Part shown: positions 1-12,239 of the stretch, piece by piece | Layout: every line of letters begins with the position of its first letter | How positions within the stretch are numbered: position 1 is the first letter of the stretch | Source: Squalus acanthias | Lineage: Eukaryota | NCBI GenBank assembly: GCA_030390025.1 | Contig: CM059432.1 | Coordinates: 122,452,001-122,516,000, forward strand | Length of the DNA: 64,000 bases | Direction of reading: 5' to 3' | The notes under the pieces: generated by a model | Told to the model about the DNA's origin: nothing | Seen by the model: the letters and a program-made list of their open reading frames with translations, nothing else | Databases searched by the model: none | Translations under genes and position numbers: made by a program

Positions 1-359
1 CGATTGCTCCTTCCTCAGGTGAAGTAAATTAGATACAGAATCGCCAAAGCATATATAGATAGAGAACAAAGCATGTGTACCTTACAATTGCAGACCACTA
101 AATGAAATCATCCTGACTATCTGCCGAGGTGTGATAAAGTTAATCAAGTCAGCCAGGAAGGTACCACATCAAAGACATAGCAAGATACAACTGAGACAAT
201 GAGGTGTAGTCGCAGGGGTTCTAACGTGTCAAAAGCTGCCGTCTGTATGTAAAACGAAAAGCTTTAAAATTTTTACTTTTTTACTGGGAAAATTTTTACT
301 TTTTTACTGGGAATCACATCTGTGAACAAGCCAACGACGACTCGAGTCCGGATCACGAC

Positions 360-1442
360 ATGTATCGTGACATAAACCCAAGATCCCGGTTGAGACCATC
401 ACTGAAAAGACTACACGATAACATAAACAAGTTCCATCCCACCATCAAACTCACCATGGACTACTCCTCAGAATCGGTCTCATTCCTGGACACACGAATC
501 TCCATCAAAGACGGACACCTCAGCACTTCACTCTACCGCAAGCCCACGGACAACCTCACGATGCTCCACTTCTCCAGCTTCCACCCTAACCATGTTAAAG
601 AAGCCATCCCCTATGGACAAGCCCTGCGAATACACAGGATCTGCTCAGACGAGGAGGAACGCGATGGACACCTACGGACGCTGAAAAACGCCCTCGTAAG
701 AACGGGATATGACGCTCGACTCATCGATCGACAGTTCCGACGGGCCACAGCGAAAAATCGCATAGACCTCCTCAGAAGGCAAACACGGGACACAACCAAC
801 AGGGTACCCTACGTCGTCCAGTACTTCCCCGGAGCGGAGAAACTACACCATGTTCTTCGCAGCCTTCAACATGTCATCGATGACGACAAACACCTCGCTA
901 AGGCCATCCCCACGCCTCCACTACTTGCCTTCAAACAGCCGCCTAACCTCAGAAGTACCATCGTTCGCAGCAAATTACCCAGCTTTCAGGATAACAGCGA
1001 CCACGACACCACACAACCCTGCCATGGCAAACTCTGCAAGACATGCCAGATCATCAACACAAATACCACCATCACACGTGAGGACACTACCCACCAGGTA
1101 CATGGTACATACTCATGTGACTCGGCCAACGTTGTCTACCTCATACGTTGCAGGAAAGAATGCACCGCGGCATGGTACATCGGCGAGACCATGCAGACAC
1201 TGAGACAACGTATGAACGAGCACCGCGCAACAATCGCCAGGCAGGATTGTTACCTCCCAGTCGGGGAACACTTCAGCAGTCAAGGACATTCAGCCTCGGA
1301 TCTGCGGGTAAGCGTTCTCCAAGGCAACCTTAGAAACACACGACAACGCAAAATCATCGAGCAGAAACTGATAGCCAAGTTCCGCACTCATGAAGACGGT
1401 CTCAACCGGGATCTTGGGTTTATGTCACGATACATGACGTGA
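360..1442 (+). CDS. Penelope-like ORF fragment: RT C-terminus, Cys-linker and GIY-YIG endonuclease (first ~13 codons derive from the inverted pLTR)
   Basis: Motifs FHPTIKLT, SFLDTRI, LYRKPTD, HPNHVKEAIPYGQALRIHRICS, CKTC, VVYLIRC..C...YIGET, RMNEH, EQKLI..GLNRD; no stops. Confidence 0.88.
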   Translation: MYRDINPRSRLRPSLKRLHDNINKFHPTIKLTMDYSSESVSFLDTRISIKDGHLSTSLYRKPTDNLTMLHFSSFHPNHVKEAIPYGQALRIHRICSDEEERDGHLRTLKNALVRTGYDARLIDRQFRRATAKNRIDLLRRQTRDTTNRVPYVVQYFPGAEKLHHVLRSLQHVIDDDKHLAKAIPTPPLLAFKQPPNLRSTIVRSKLPSFQDNSDHDTTQPCHGKLCKTCQIINTNTTITREDTTHQVHGTYSCDSANVVYLIRCRKECTAAWYIGETMQTLRQRMNEHRATIARQDCYLPVGEHFSSQGHSASDLRVSVLQGNLRNTRQRKIIEQKLIAKFRTHEDGLNRDLGFMSRYMT

Positions 1443-1770
1443 TCCAGACTCGAGTCGTCGTTGGCTTGTTCACAGATGTGATTCCCAGTAAAAAAGTAAA
1501 AATTTTCCCAGTAAAAAAGTAAAAATTTTAAAGCTTTTCGTTTTACATACAGACGGCAGCTTTTGACACGTTAGAACCCCTGCGACTACACCTCATTGTC
1601 TCAGTTGTATCTTGCTATGTCTTTGATGTGGTACCTTCCTGGCTGACTTGATTAACTTTATCACACCTCGGCAGATAGTCAGGATGATTTAATTTAGTGG
1701 TCTGCAATTGTAAGGTACACATGCTTTGTTCTCTATCTATATATGCTTTGGCGATTCTGTATCTAATTTA

Positions 1771-1815
1771 CTTCACCTGAGGAAGGAGCAATCGATAGCT
1801 CCGAAAGCTTGTGAT
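1771..1815 (+). ncRNA. Minimal type I hammerhead ribozyme motif in the Penelope pLTR
   Basis: tcac-CTGAGGA-a-ggagc/gctcc stem II-GAAA-gctt (AAGCTT palindrome)-gtga; matches the CUGANGA..GAAA..UH core known from Penelope-like elements. Confidence 0.75.
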
Positions 1816-2377
1816 TTCAAATAAAACTGTTGGACTATAACCTGGTGTTGTGCGACCTCTTAATTTTCAACAGGGTCAGGCAAATAACTGTGTGGCACAG
1901 AAGAAGTCCTACCCCTCCATTGTTACGGTGGCAGATTGGGATTGCGGACTTTCAGCCTCTTAATGTTTATTAACATATCAGTTTTAAGGGCATAAGAAAT
2001 CATGGAACAAGAAAAGACTATTTTAGCCCATTAAGCAAGTTCCTTCCATTGACCATGGACTCTGTCAACACTGTTTCATTTTTTGAGGAAAAATTCCACA
2101 AATTTTCTCCCCTTGGTAAATCGAACAAACCTCCGGGATATCCATTCATACTTAGATATTGCGCTTGCCTGGTTCCCTTCTTTTGCAGGACATTTTCAAT
2201 GTCCCAGGAACTCTGAATCCACCAGGTTCCACACAGCATTAGCCATATAACCGACAATTCCATTCCCAAACACCCATCCAGCTCTTTTCAAAATGTATTG
2301 ACACATCATTAATTGCTTTATCTGCAAGTTTGCTCCAGGGGTTAGGTTTTATGAATTCACACACCCCATGCAGGGCT

Positions 2378-2691
2378 TCACCCACAAGGCATACATTTAT
2401 TTGTGTATTTCTGGTAAGTTTGGGGCGTAAAACAAGCATACTGGAATTGTTGGAAGTGGACTCTGGGGCATGACACGTTCCTGTCGGGTTTCCGCCCCAT
2501 AATGGCTGTGCCGTCCTTTCCATCGTGGTCTGGGGCCTTCTCGAAGTGCTGGGTGATCATTAAATAAATGCTAATGAGAAGGAACAGTGTTGGAGTGACG
2601 AAAACCCGTGAACTTGTGCTCGGACTGCATTCAATGCTGTAGCCAGCATCAGCTGAGACTGGTAGAACTGCTTTACATTGGAGCCTGTTTC
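2378..2691 (-). other. Candidate host-gene terminal exon (unidentified product)
   Basis: Acceptor tttctccag at 2700-2692; about 104 open codons (NRLQCKAVLPVSADAGYSIECSPSTSSRVFVTPTLFLLISIYLMITQHF...); minus-strand AATAAA at 1966-1971; not recognisably repeat-derived. Confidence 0.25.
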
Positions 2692-2974
2692 CTGGAGAAA
2701 ACTTGAGAAGTGAATGCTTCAGTTACAAGAGAGCTTTCAAAGCTTTTTTTTTTGTGGCTTACTCAAGGATAGAGCTGGCCTCACCACTGACAGCCTGAGG
2801 GCTTGTGAGAGCACTGGGATATTTTACCCTCCACCCACAGTCAGAGGTTCTGAGTACCAGATAAGGGAATGCCTATTGGGTATCCCGTATTTGCAATGTT
2901 GATGGTAAAGGTGGAGGAGTACAGGGAGGAGAAAAAGAGAGTGGGGCAGCATATGAGGATGCTGCATCCTACAA

Positions 2975-3850
2975 GATATTATCTCCACAAAGAATTTACA
3001 GGATACACCGATCTTATAAAGAGGTCAGTGAGGACCTCTGTATGAGAAGTGTGCATTTCACTAAAAAAACAATATGGGAGCTGTGGTAGCTATTACATGA
3101 AAATCTGCAGCCACGATTATCTGCCCACACAGCTCTGTCTGCGCAGTGAAAGTCACAGCACACACAATGTTTATGCCACCAGCTGATTTCAAACAGCCAC
3201 AGGGGATCTGTGTAATTTCACGGAGGCCGCTGTCTGCGCACGTATTTATCAGGTAACTGACACAATCCTTAGAAGATCTCGGTAATTCACCCAGTTTGGC
3301 AATGACAGCAAGGCAGCATCACAATAGGGCTGCACAGTTTGATTATGTTACTGGATTTCCCAATGTGCAGGGCAAAAGATGGCACGCATCTTAATAGAAA
3401 GGGGTTCCACTGTCTGAAAGTCCAGCTTGTGTATAACCACATGCAGTGAATCCTCTAAGTCAATGCCGGTATTGCTGGAAGTTCCCATCATGCATTCACC
3501 CTCAGAAATTCTGCCCTCTCTGTGCTCTTCAAGGAAGATGGTCAAGTGAATGGATGGCTTGTAGGCGACACAACCCTTGCTGTCATGGTTAGTGACCCTG
3601 TACGAGTTGCAAGAGCAGCAACTGAGGAGCATTATGATGAGGCATGTGCCTCTACCCGAGTTGTTATAGAGCGAACCATAGGAGTCTTAAAGGAGCGCTT
3701 GTGCCCTGCACAACTTTGTGGCCTGGACATGGCGATTCATCAGGATATGGCTCCAGCTGCTTTGGAGGCAGCAGAGCATGGAGTGAAGCAACAGGAGGAC
3801 CATCATTCAGAAGACACCTCAGTGATGGCTGCAAGGGGCGTCACTGAATC
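2975..3850 (+). pseudogene. Heavily degraded Harbinger (HARBI1-like) transposase
   Basis: Remnants PQRIYR, LLHENLQP, RKGFH.LKVQLV, GWLVGD, STRVVIERTIGVLKER with stops and frameshifts. Confidence 0.75.
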
Positions 3851-4411
3851 ATCTATCAATAAAGGTCGAATTTTATGGGGTCCGTGCGGGCACGATTGGA
3901 GGCAGGTCGGGAGGGAAATTTGAAAAACCTTGGAGCGGGTCGGGAACCCGCCATCATTCCGCTGCCACACGCCTTTCCCTCGGGCGTGTTTGCCAGCATG
4001 TCAGCAACCCGAACGACAGAGGCGGCCGAGGTAATTGAGATCATTATGAGGTACTTATCAGACCCTTAAGCATCTTTTTAGCCCTACCTTTCAAATTTCC
4101 CTGGATGAACATGGGAATCAAGCAGCTCGGGAACCACATCTGTGAACCTGAGGCGGAGGTTCCGTGGCCACTGATGCACCTCATTGGTGCACAGGATGAA
4201 AAGTACAATAAATACACCCACCTGACAGCTGGTCACTTTCCTAAAGGAGATGCTGTTGCTGACTGCATTGTCAGCACAGATTTAGCTTTCTAAAGGTTGC
4301 AAGTGTTTCCAGCAAAGTCAGGATTCGCTGTCACCTCATTGGTAGAACCTATCACACCATTGACAGATTGTTTCTGTCATCTCTACTTCACCTGCCGTCT
4401 ATTCCATCAGC

Positions 4412-5656
4412 ATGGGTGCACTTTATATTCTCTCACCTTGGTCCTCAGAATCGGACCACGATGAGCCCCAACACCAGCAGCACCAGGCACACCAGCAGCA
4501 ACAACAACAACACCACCGACCTTCTCCTCAAGCACCTGATGCTGCACGGGACAGAGGGCATCAGTGCAGGGCTGCACCATGCCAGAGGCGATACCCCCAG
4601 CACAGGGTATACAGGCAGAGGTTGAGCTTCCTCAACATGACGGAGCAGCAGTGCCAAAGGAGGCTCAGGCTATCGTGCCAGGTCATCGCCGGCAATTGCG
4701 GATTGCTGGAGAAAGACCTGCAGCCCAGAGTTGCGGGTGGACATGCCTTACCAATGGCTGTCAAAGTCACCAGCACCCTCAACTTCTTCGCCTCAGGCTC
4801 CTTCCAAGGATCTGCAAAAGATATTTGTGGCACCTCGCAGTCGGTTGCCCACAGATACATCACACAGGTCACCAATGCTCTCTTTGACAAGTCCGCCAAT
4901 TATATTAACTTTGCCACTGATGAAGCCAGTGTTACTGAGCGAGCGCTGGCCTTTGCCGCACTGGCTGGCTTCCCACGGGTGCAGGGCATCATCGACTGCA
5001 CACATGTGGCCGTCAGGGCACCCCATCATAACCCAGGAGTCTTTGTCAACCGCAAGGGCTTCCATTCTCTCAATGTTCAGCTCATCTGCAACCATAGGAA
5101 GATCATCATTCTTGTGTGCATCAAATTCCATGGCAGCTGCCATGACTCTTTTGTCCTGCACCAGTCCACCCTCCCCCAGCTCTTTGCTCCTCCAAACAGA
5201 CTTTCCGGCTGGCTGCTTGGAGACAAGGGCTATCCACTGAAGACATGGCTCAGGACACCCTTGAGGAGGCCATGTACGGAGGCTGAAGAGAGATATAATG
5301 AAAACCACATCTCCACCAGATGTGTCATAGAGCAGACAATAGGGATGCTGAAGATACGCTTCAGATGCCTTGATAGATCTGGAGGAGCCCTTCAGTACAC
5401 ACCAGCCAGGGTCTCCAGAATCATCGTGGTCTGCTGCACCCTGCACAACATAGCGCAGCAGCGAGGATTAGCGTTGCATGAGGAGCAAGGCACTGAGCAC
5501 TCAGCCTCTTCAGAGGAGGAGGAGGAGGATAAGCATCAGCTGGAAGACGAGGAGCAGGAAGAGCTGGAGGAACCTGCGGTCCAGATCCCACCAGCACCTG
5601 AGCACATTGCTGCCTGGGAGACCAGGGATGCCCTCATCATGGCCAGATCTACTTAA
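4412..5656 (+). CDS. Intact Harbinger/PIF DDE transposase (HARBI1-like), 414 aa
   Basis: [58 protein letters not shown]-rich N-terminus and acidic C-terminus; no stop codons. Confidence 0.92.
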   Translation: MGALYILSPWSSESDHDEPQHQQHQAHQQQQQQHHRPSPQAPDAARDRGHQCRAAPCQRRYPQHRVYRQRLSFLNMTEQQCQRRLRLSCQVIAGNCGLLEKDLQPRVAGGHALPMAVKVTSTLNFFASGSFQGSAKDICGTSQSVAHRYITQVTNALFDKSANYINFATDEASVTERALAFAALAGFPRVQGIIDCTHVAVRAPHHNPGVFVNRKGFHSLNVQLICNHRKIIILVCIKFHGSCHDSFVLHQSTLPQLFAPPNRLSGWLLGDKGYPLKTWLRTPLRRPCTEAEERYNENHISTRCVIEQTIGMLKIRFRCLDRSGGALQYTPARVSRIIVVCCTLHNIAQQRGLALHEEQGTEHSASSEEEEEDKHQLEDEEQEELEEPAVQIPPAPEHIAAWETRDALIMARST

Positions 5657-5953
5657 CTTTACGCATTACACCCATATGGCTGCCACATGCTGCGCCAGGT
5701 TGGCACCACCCTACAGCAACACCATAACGGATCTCTACAATGACCAATCCATTCCCTTCACATTGACCACTATTGCTGGAGGTAACATTATGTCTCACTA
5801 TTCACTCCAACTCATGAAGCCACTTCCAAAGTTGCACACAAACTTGTCCATGACGGAAAGTGGTGAAAATAAAGGTTTTTATGTGTGACATTACAGTAAC
5901 GGAAACTTTACCGAATCATTTAACAAAACACCCAAGTGGCTACCCTTGTGCAT

Positions 5954-6912
5954 CTACTTGTGTTTCATCTTTCTCTTACGCGTGCTGCTACGAGGTGCTA
6001 CCCCTGTGGCTTCAGCAGAGGTAGAGGCAGCCTGCTCACTTCCCTGCTGCGACTGCAAAGACACTTTTGGCGGATGTCCTCTGGGTTTTGGAGCCTCTGA
6101 TGGCCCCGCCAAACTCTGCTCCTCCTGCGACTGTGCAGGGGTAGACTCGGCCATCGCAATCGCAGGGGGCATCTGGGGTTCTGACTGAGTGGGGAGGGGG
6201 GCAATGGGGGAGAAGTGTAAGCGCTTTGAGAGGAGCCCCCACTTCCATGTACCCTGTCACATTATCCCTCTCATGGGCCACCCAAATTCCCTGCTAACAA
6301 AGAGCTGAAGAGCACCTTGCTGCACAACAGTGGGGCCATGAGGACCCACGTCTATGTTGACACCCCTCCTAGACAGGAGGGCTATGAGCCTCTGCCATCT
6401 GTTCTTCATAGAGACCATGTGCTCCTGTGAGTGACGCATTAGCTGCTCCATGCAGGTGACTATCCTTTCCATGGAAGAGCCTACTGTCACCATCGCCTGC
6501 TACTCGGTGGTGCTCCTGTTGGAGATGGACTCCTCCATTCGCTGCACATTTGCAGACATCGCGGTCGCAAAACCTGTCAAAGCCTCCTGCACTTCTTGCT
6601 GCACCTCCAGGATAGCTCTCTTTCTGGATGGCCCCTGAGGCTCAGCATCTGCATGCAGATAAACAGAGCTGGGAGCGACCTGCGCCCTCCAGCGAGGAGT
6701 CTCCACCGCTGTCCCTGTCTCCACCTTCTGCTCTTGCTCACTTGAGTTGAGACACCAGGTGACAACACTACTCTGTCTCGCGTAGCACCCACCGATGTGT
6801 GCATATCTGTACTGGTGCTGGGTGCACTTGGGTCTGCTGACAGTGCACCCTCAAAGGTTGGAGGCTAATCTGAGGCGGTGTCTTGCTCTTCCTCCTGGAC
6901 AGTGCGGGGGCG
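5954..6912 (-). pseudogene. Last exon of the Myb/SANT partner gene of element A (frameshifted)
   Basis: METGTAVETPR, GPSRKRAILEVQQEVQ and STRKRKMKHK match the exon-3 product of element C (34714-35712). Confidence 0.8.
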
Positions 6913-7408
6913 AGTTCACATAAATAACAAATCATTCAATCCAGTACACATACTCGAAGATCACATCATATAAGATCTCTTTGGCCCCACATGATCAGGC
7001 AAATCTAAATAACATGAATGAATAACTGAGTATGATGAAAGCGCACCTTGGGGGAGAAATTCAGTATCGCCCCGTTTGGGGCGTAATTATCGGCTGGGCG
7101 CAAAGTTTAACGCCTGGCGCAAATTATCGCCTCCGACTGCAAACTTGGTCTATCGCCCCTGGAGGTGATTGGAGTGCTAAATCAGGCACTACACACCTCT
7201 CTTAAAGCGCTAACGCCGAGGAGCGAGGTGCTACCTCAGAGCGCCGGCGAAGCTCAGGTGGTGTCAGTTAGCAATGGCACACAGACACACTGGCGCCGGC
7301 CAGTTCTTAAAGGGGAGGGTCGATCTTGCTCTCCATCCACACCCTGCTCATTGCAGCCTTGAATCTCAGCCTGGACAGACCTCAACTTCAAATCTGCTGC
7401 AAAGAACA

Positions 7409-9240
7409 ATGGAGAGGCCCAGGGGACGAGCTCAGCGCTTCAGCGACCGGGCCTTGGTGGCTCTGGTTGGCGCAGTGGCGCGCCGAAGATCAATACTCTA
7501 CCCACAGAGTGGCAGGAGGCCATTGCCCCGTGACTAGAGAAGAGTGTGGAGGGAGGTGGCTCATCATGTCTCCTCCAGGAGCATGGTGCCCAGGACCCAT
7601 ACACAATGTCGGAGGAAGTTCAACGACCTCATTCGGGTGGTCAGGGTGAGTGGCTGCTTTTCACTACCTCTCCATCCCTCCATCTCAACCTCACTCTGTG
7701 GCCAGAGGGTGTAAAAATCACAAATGCCCAACACTCATCCAAGACCTATGGCCATCTCATAAAACACCCTCGCACATTCCACACCTTGCATACATTAAGG
7801 GCTGTTCAACTATGGGAGGCACATCAGGCAAGCACATGGCTGCACACTTACTCAGACGCCGTCCTTTTTCTTGCAGGTCAAGCTATCTCATAATAGGTGG
7901 CAGCAGCAACCGATGGGTGGAGGGCTGGCTCAGCTGCAGACCCTCAGCGATCTGGAGGCACGTGTCCACAGGATCGTTGCCAGTCAGTTGATAGGTCCCA
8001 TGGCCACTGGAGAGGTCGACCCCCTTGTGGACAGCAATGGTAAGTTCATCAGCTTTCTCTCCTCTCCCATTCCACTTGTCCCTCGCAACACCAGGCTTTT
8101 ATACTTTCAATCCAACTTACTAAATCTCTCCAGTCCTTGCTCCCTTACTGCCCCCCTGTCCTGGCGCTAAATCCACTCTTGTACCTCCCTGCTTTCAGAT
8201 GGTGAGCCACCAGCTGAGGAGACGGGACTTAACCAAACAGTGGGAGCGATGCTGCAGGCGAGGAGGAAGAGGAAGCCGGAGCCTCAGCGCCAGTGTCTCC
8301 CGAGGAAGCCCATGCCCACACTAGGATCACGTCTTCCCTGGAGGGGAGCAGGGGGGAAGGGTCTGATGAGAGTGAAGCTCCGGGACCCAGCGGGCTGCAG
8401 CAACGCGATGGAGGTAGGAAAGCTCGGGGGCCTTCTCCCCGGAGGGAGAGTATGCCAGCGAGTCCTGCTGCACTGGACACAGAGGAGGAGTGGCTCATCA
8501 CTGAAATGAACACCCAGGCGGTGGACATGCACACTCAGCTCATGGGTGCAATGGGAAGGGTGTCCGAAAGCATTGATGCACTGGCAAGGAGTGTGGAGCA
8601 CTCCACTGCAGCATAGGCCGACGCAACGCAACTGCTTAGTGCTGCAATTCAGTCACTGGCTGCAGCGATCCAATCTCAGACTGCTCTCATGCAGACTCAG
8701 ATTGAGGCCACGCAAGCACTGACTGCTGCCATCGTCGCTGGTTCGGCCACATTGCCCCAGGGTTCTCACCGCGCCGCAGCAGGTCAGCAATCTGTGCTCG
8801 AGCAGATTGCTCCGGATGCTGAGGTACTGCCCCGTGGGAGTGCCAGTGTGTCGGTCGAGCACGGAGGTGCTGTCCTCTCTCAAGATGACAGCATTCCTGC
8901 TGCCACCACTGGCACTTCGCCATTGCACTTGCCACCGCCTGTAGCCCAGACTGCTGCCGCCCATGCAGAGTTGGTGCAATCTGCAGCCGGGGCCTCCAGG
9001 CCCAGAGCTGGTCGAGGCCGTCTTCAAGGCCATCTCCAGTCTCAGCATCTGACATTCAGCAGCCTTCCACCAGCCTTGCTGCAGCCACTGGGGCCCCATT
9101 ACGGAGGAGCAGTAGAGTGGGAAGGGGGGAAGTGCGCAAGGGAAGGAGATCACTGTCGAAGGGCAAATAGTAGGAAGTCTAAAGAAATGGTGGGAATGTT
9201 TTTATTAAAGGTTGAGATTCGTCTGATAAAATTTGTTTAG
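7409..9240 (+). pseudogene. Myb/SANT-like (MSANTD-type) DNA-binding protein gene of element B; exons 7409-7645, 7877-8039, 8199-~9240; premature stops
   Basis: RAQRFSDRALVALV..WREVA..QCRRKFNDLIRVVR|gtgagt; canonical ttgcag/gtaagt/tttcag splice sites; in-frame TAG at 7535. Confidence 0.8.
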
Positions 9241-9484
9241 TGATTTGGCCTTTATCTCCAGCTTGTGAGAACCAGTTATGTTAATTAATGATTTGTTGTG
9301 TTTGTTTCTATTAGTTTGTCATGAATAAATGACACACACAGAGTTTGTAAAATAAAAAGTTGTTGTATTCAAAATGTACATGTTTGGCCTTTGGAATCAT
9401 TGCTGCTTTGGTCGGCTATAGGGGTTGCGGGTTGCTTTCCATGATGTTGTTCTCCATGGCAGAAGCCATCTTCTGAGTAGGGGC

Positions 9485-10659
9485 CTAGAAGCGTCTTGTT
9501 ATCAGCCGTTGACGGACGGCCCTTGCAGTGTCAACATTGTGGGCCTCCCTCCCGCCTTGGTGCTGCTGCTGATCATCCTCCTCCTTTTCCTCCTCCTCCT
9601 CCTCCTCCTCTGGTGGTGCACCAATCCCTGGTGGCATTGGCTGGGTCCTCAGGATTGCCAGGTTGTGAAGCATGCAGCACACAACTATGAAGAGGGAGAC
9701 TCGCTCAGGAGAGTACTGCAGGGCTCCTCCTGAGTGGTCCAGACAGAGGAACCATTGCTTGAGCATGCCGATCGTCTGCTCAATTATGTTCCTGGTGGCG
9801 ATATGGCTCTCATTATACCGCAGCTCGGCAGGGGTGTTGGGGTTACAGAGCGGTGTCATCAGCCAGGTGCAGAGTGGATAACCCTTGTCCCCGAGGAGCC
9901 AACCACTTGACGCGGTGCCTGGAAAAGTTCTGGCACAACAGTCTGGCGCAGGATGAAAGCACCGTGGCTGCTGCCAGGATAGCGGGCATTGACAGCGACT
10001 ATCAGCTGTCTGTGGTCACAGACCAACTGGACATTTAAGGAGTGGTAGCCCTTGCGGTTTCGGAAAACCTCTGCATTCTCATGCAGTGCCCGCAATGCCA
10101 CATGCATGCAGTCAATGGCGCCCTGCACCATGGGGAAGCCCGCTATCCTAGCAAAGCCACATGCGTGTTCATGCTGTTTGGCCCGGGTCATGGGGAAAGA
10201 GATGTACTGGCGTCTCCTTTTATACAGGGCATTTGTCATCTCCAAGATAAAGCAATGGACAGCGAACTGGGAGATATTGGCGATGTCCCCAGTAGCTGCT
10301 TGAAAGGAGCCGGTGGCATAAAAATTCAGAGCCACTGTGACCTTCACTGCCACCGACAGAGACGTCCTGGTCCTCAGTTGAGGCTGCAGATCTGGTTGCA
10401 GCAGGTGGCAGAGCTCAGTGACCAACTCCTTGCTGAAGCGCAGCCTGCGCAAACACTGCTCCTCAGACAAATGAATGTAGGAGAATTGTTCCCGGAATAC
10501 CCTGGGAGGGTAAGATCTCCTGTGCAGAGGCCTGTTGGCCCTCCTCCCTCTGGCCATGTTTGCCACTCTCTCTCTGCGTCTCTGATGCCTCCGATTCTGC
10601 AAGTGCAGGACGACGCCCCGAATCAGTGCAGCCCCCAAGTCTCTTCTAAATCGATGCAA
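9485..10659 (-). pseudogene. Harbinger transposase of element B, frameshifted near 9900
   Basis: ORFs 9859..10659 (GAIDCMH, NRKGYHSLNVQL) and 9485..9859 ([16 protein letters not shown]). Confidence 0.88.
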
Positions 10660-11013
10660 TGAGGGTCAAATCAAAAAGAATCTGCAAAGTGCTGCTCAGT
10701 AGCCAAAACTCCTTCACACAGCGTTGAATCTCTCCAGAAGTCTCTCTCTCTCTCTCTCAGAATCTCTCTCTCTCTCAGAATGCATGGCGCAAAAATGTCT
10801 CCGACAAAAAAGGCAGGAAGAGGCCGCCTTTAAATAGCGCTCCCCCAGCCCCTTCCCGACTGCAAAACGTTCCCCTCTCCCTGTCGTTGCTAGCGGCAGG
10901 CGGAAAGGAAGGGGGCGCCAATCAACCAAATTTTTCCCCCATTCTCTTTTATTAAAACTAACTCAAAAGTTGCTGAAAGACTTGAGAGACAGCAGCCTGC
11001 ATCCTGGCCCCAA

Positions 11014-12214
11014 GAGCATGATTTTAACTTGGAGACGGGTTGGGAGCGGGGGGAGGGTTGCTGGATTGGGGTCGGGATTTCCCTCAGGCCCTGCTGAATT
11101 TAACAGCAGAGCCTGATTAATAATTTTTTTTCTCTGTTTCCCACCTGCAGCCAGCCAGATTGCGAGGCTGGCTGGTTGTCGGGCGGGTAGGCCTGCGGCT
11201 CCAGGTGCAGCTGGGGAGCAGAGAGGAAGAAGGGAGGGATTGGAGGCCGTAGGGGGAGGGGTTGGGGGCCGGGGATTGGAGGGGGGTCAGAAGGCTGCGA
11301 TCGGGGGTGGGTCAGAGATTGGAAAGGTGGGGGGTTCCGAAGGCTGGGATCGGAGGGGGTCGCAAGGCTGCAATTGGAGGTGGCGGGATCAGGGAAGAGA
11401 GGGTGTCAGAAGGCCGGATGGGGTGGGGTGGGGGGTGGGTGGAGATCAGGAGCCGGGGTTCGGAGGTCGGAGGGGCTGTCAGCAGCCAGGGATCAGAAAG
11501 CTGGTAGAGGGAGGTTGGAGAAATGTTGCCTCGTGCGGGGGGGTGGGGGGGTGGGTGGGTGGCGGGGTCAGAGGCAGTGATTGGAGGAGGCTGGGACCGG
11601 GGGGAGGGGTCGGAAGGCTTGAGGGGGGGGTTCGGAGATCGGGAGCCTTGTGGGGGATGGGGTGGGCATCGGAGGCTGGGGCGGGAGATCGGAGGCCGGG
11701 AGGGGTGGTGGGGAGAGATCAGAGGCCGGGGGGTTGAGATCGTCGGCTGGGAGGGGGTGGAGGAGGTCAGCGGCTGGGGGTGGTGAGATCGGAGGCCTCG
11801 TGGAGGAGGGTGGGGAGGGATCGGAAGGGTCGGGGGTGGGGGGGGCTGTCTGATTGCAGGGGTTTGGTGAGGCAGACATGCTAGATCCAGCAGGTAAGTG
11901 GAAAGGCACTTACCTCCCGGGTCCAGCAGTCCTCGCCTCCCTTTAGCTGCCGGGTTCCCCGTGGCCTGGGAAACCCACCCGCCCACAGTTAATTTTAAAA
12001 TGGAGCTTCAAAATGAGGCAAGGATCCTCATTATAATATTTAACTTGCCAACCCTCCTCCTGGAATGGATTGGCCATCCACCCCCCCTCCCCCATCCCAC
12101 CTCCGTTAAAACTGGAAGTGGGCGGGTTGGAGGCGGGTTGGGGTCGGGATTCAGATTTTTAACACTTTAACCCAACCTCAACCCATCTGATTTTTGGGGG
12201 TTAAAATTCCCCCC
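11014..12214. mobile_element. Putative Harbinger-type non-autonomous element with a G-rich core
   Basis: Imperfect termini gagcatgattttaac / gttaaaattcccccc; subterminal gcgggtt motifs; no matching TSD. Confidence 0.55.
11215..11850 (+). repeat. Strand-asymmetric G-rich degenerate tandem repeat (ggagatcggaggccgggg-like units)
   Basis: Dozens of G3-G9 runs on the + strand with a recurring gatcggagg core. Confidence 0.85.
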
Positions 12215-12239
12215 CTTGAGTGTCTAATCTGTCCCTACC

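Larger units (their letters stand above)
1..1860 (+). mobile_element. Penelope-like retroelement (family 1), 5'-truncated, with inverted pseudo-LTR; left end lies outside the window
   Basis: 1..~400 is the near-perfect reverse complement of ~1395..1794; it flanks an RT-thumb + GIY-YIG ORF; the 3' end ...ctataacctggtgttgtgcgac is shared with copies at ~17340, ~42190, ~49750 and ~63770. Confidence 0.93.
3863..6912 (+). mobile_element. Harbinger transposon A (family I); the Myb 5' half and right TIR are missing
   Basis: Left end aggtcgaatttt after TAA is homologous to the transposase-side end of element D (51108); carries a transposase and a convergent Myb exon-3 homologous to element C. Confidence 0.8.
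7050..10940. mobile_element. Harbinger transposon B (family II): Myb gene on +, transposase on -
   Basis: TIRs gggggagaaatt / aatttttccccc (1 mismatch); flanks ctt/att; left end homologous to the right end of element E. Confidence 0.85.

Noticed and set aside
4412..5656. Calling this the host gene HARBI1 (and the Myb ORFs MSANTD4/NAIF1)
   Set aside because: Lies within a TIR-bounded element with several paralogous decayed copies in the same window; transposon context, not the single-copy domesticated gene
11240..11986. Gly-rich and Pro-rich ORFs of up to 224 aa
   Set aside because: Artefacts of a stop-poor G-rich repeat that is open in many frames
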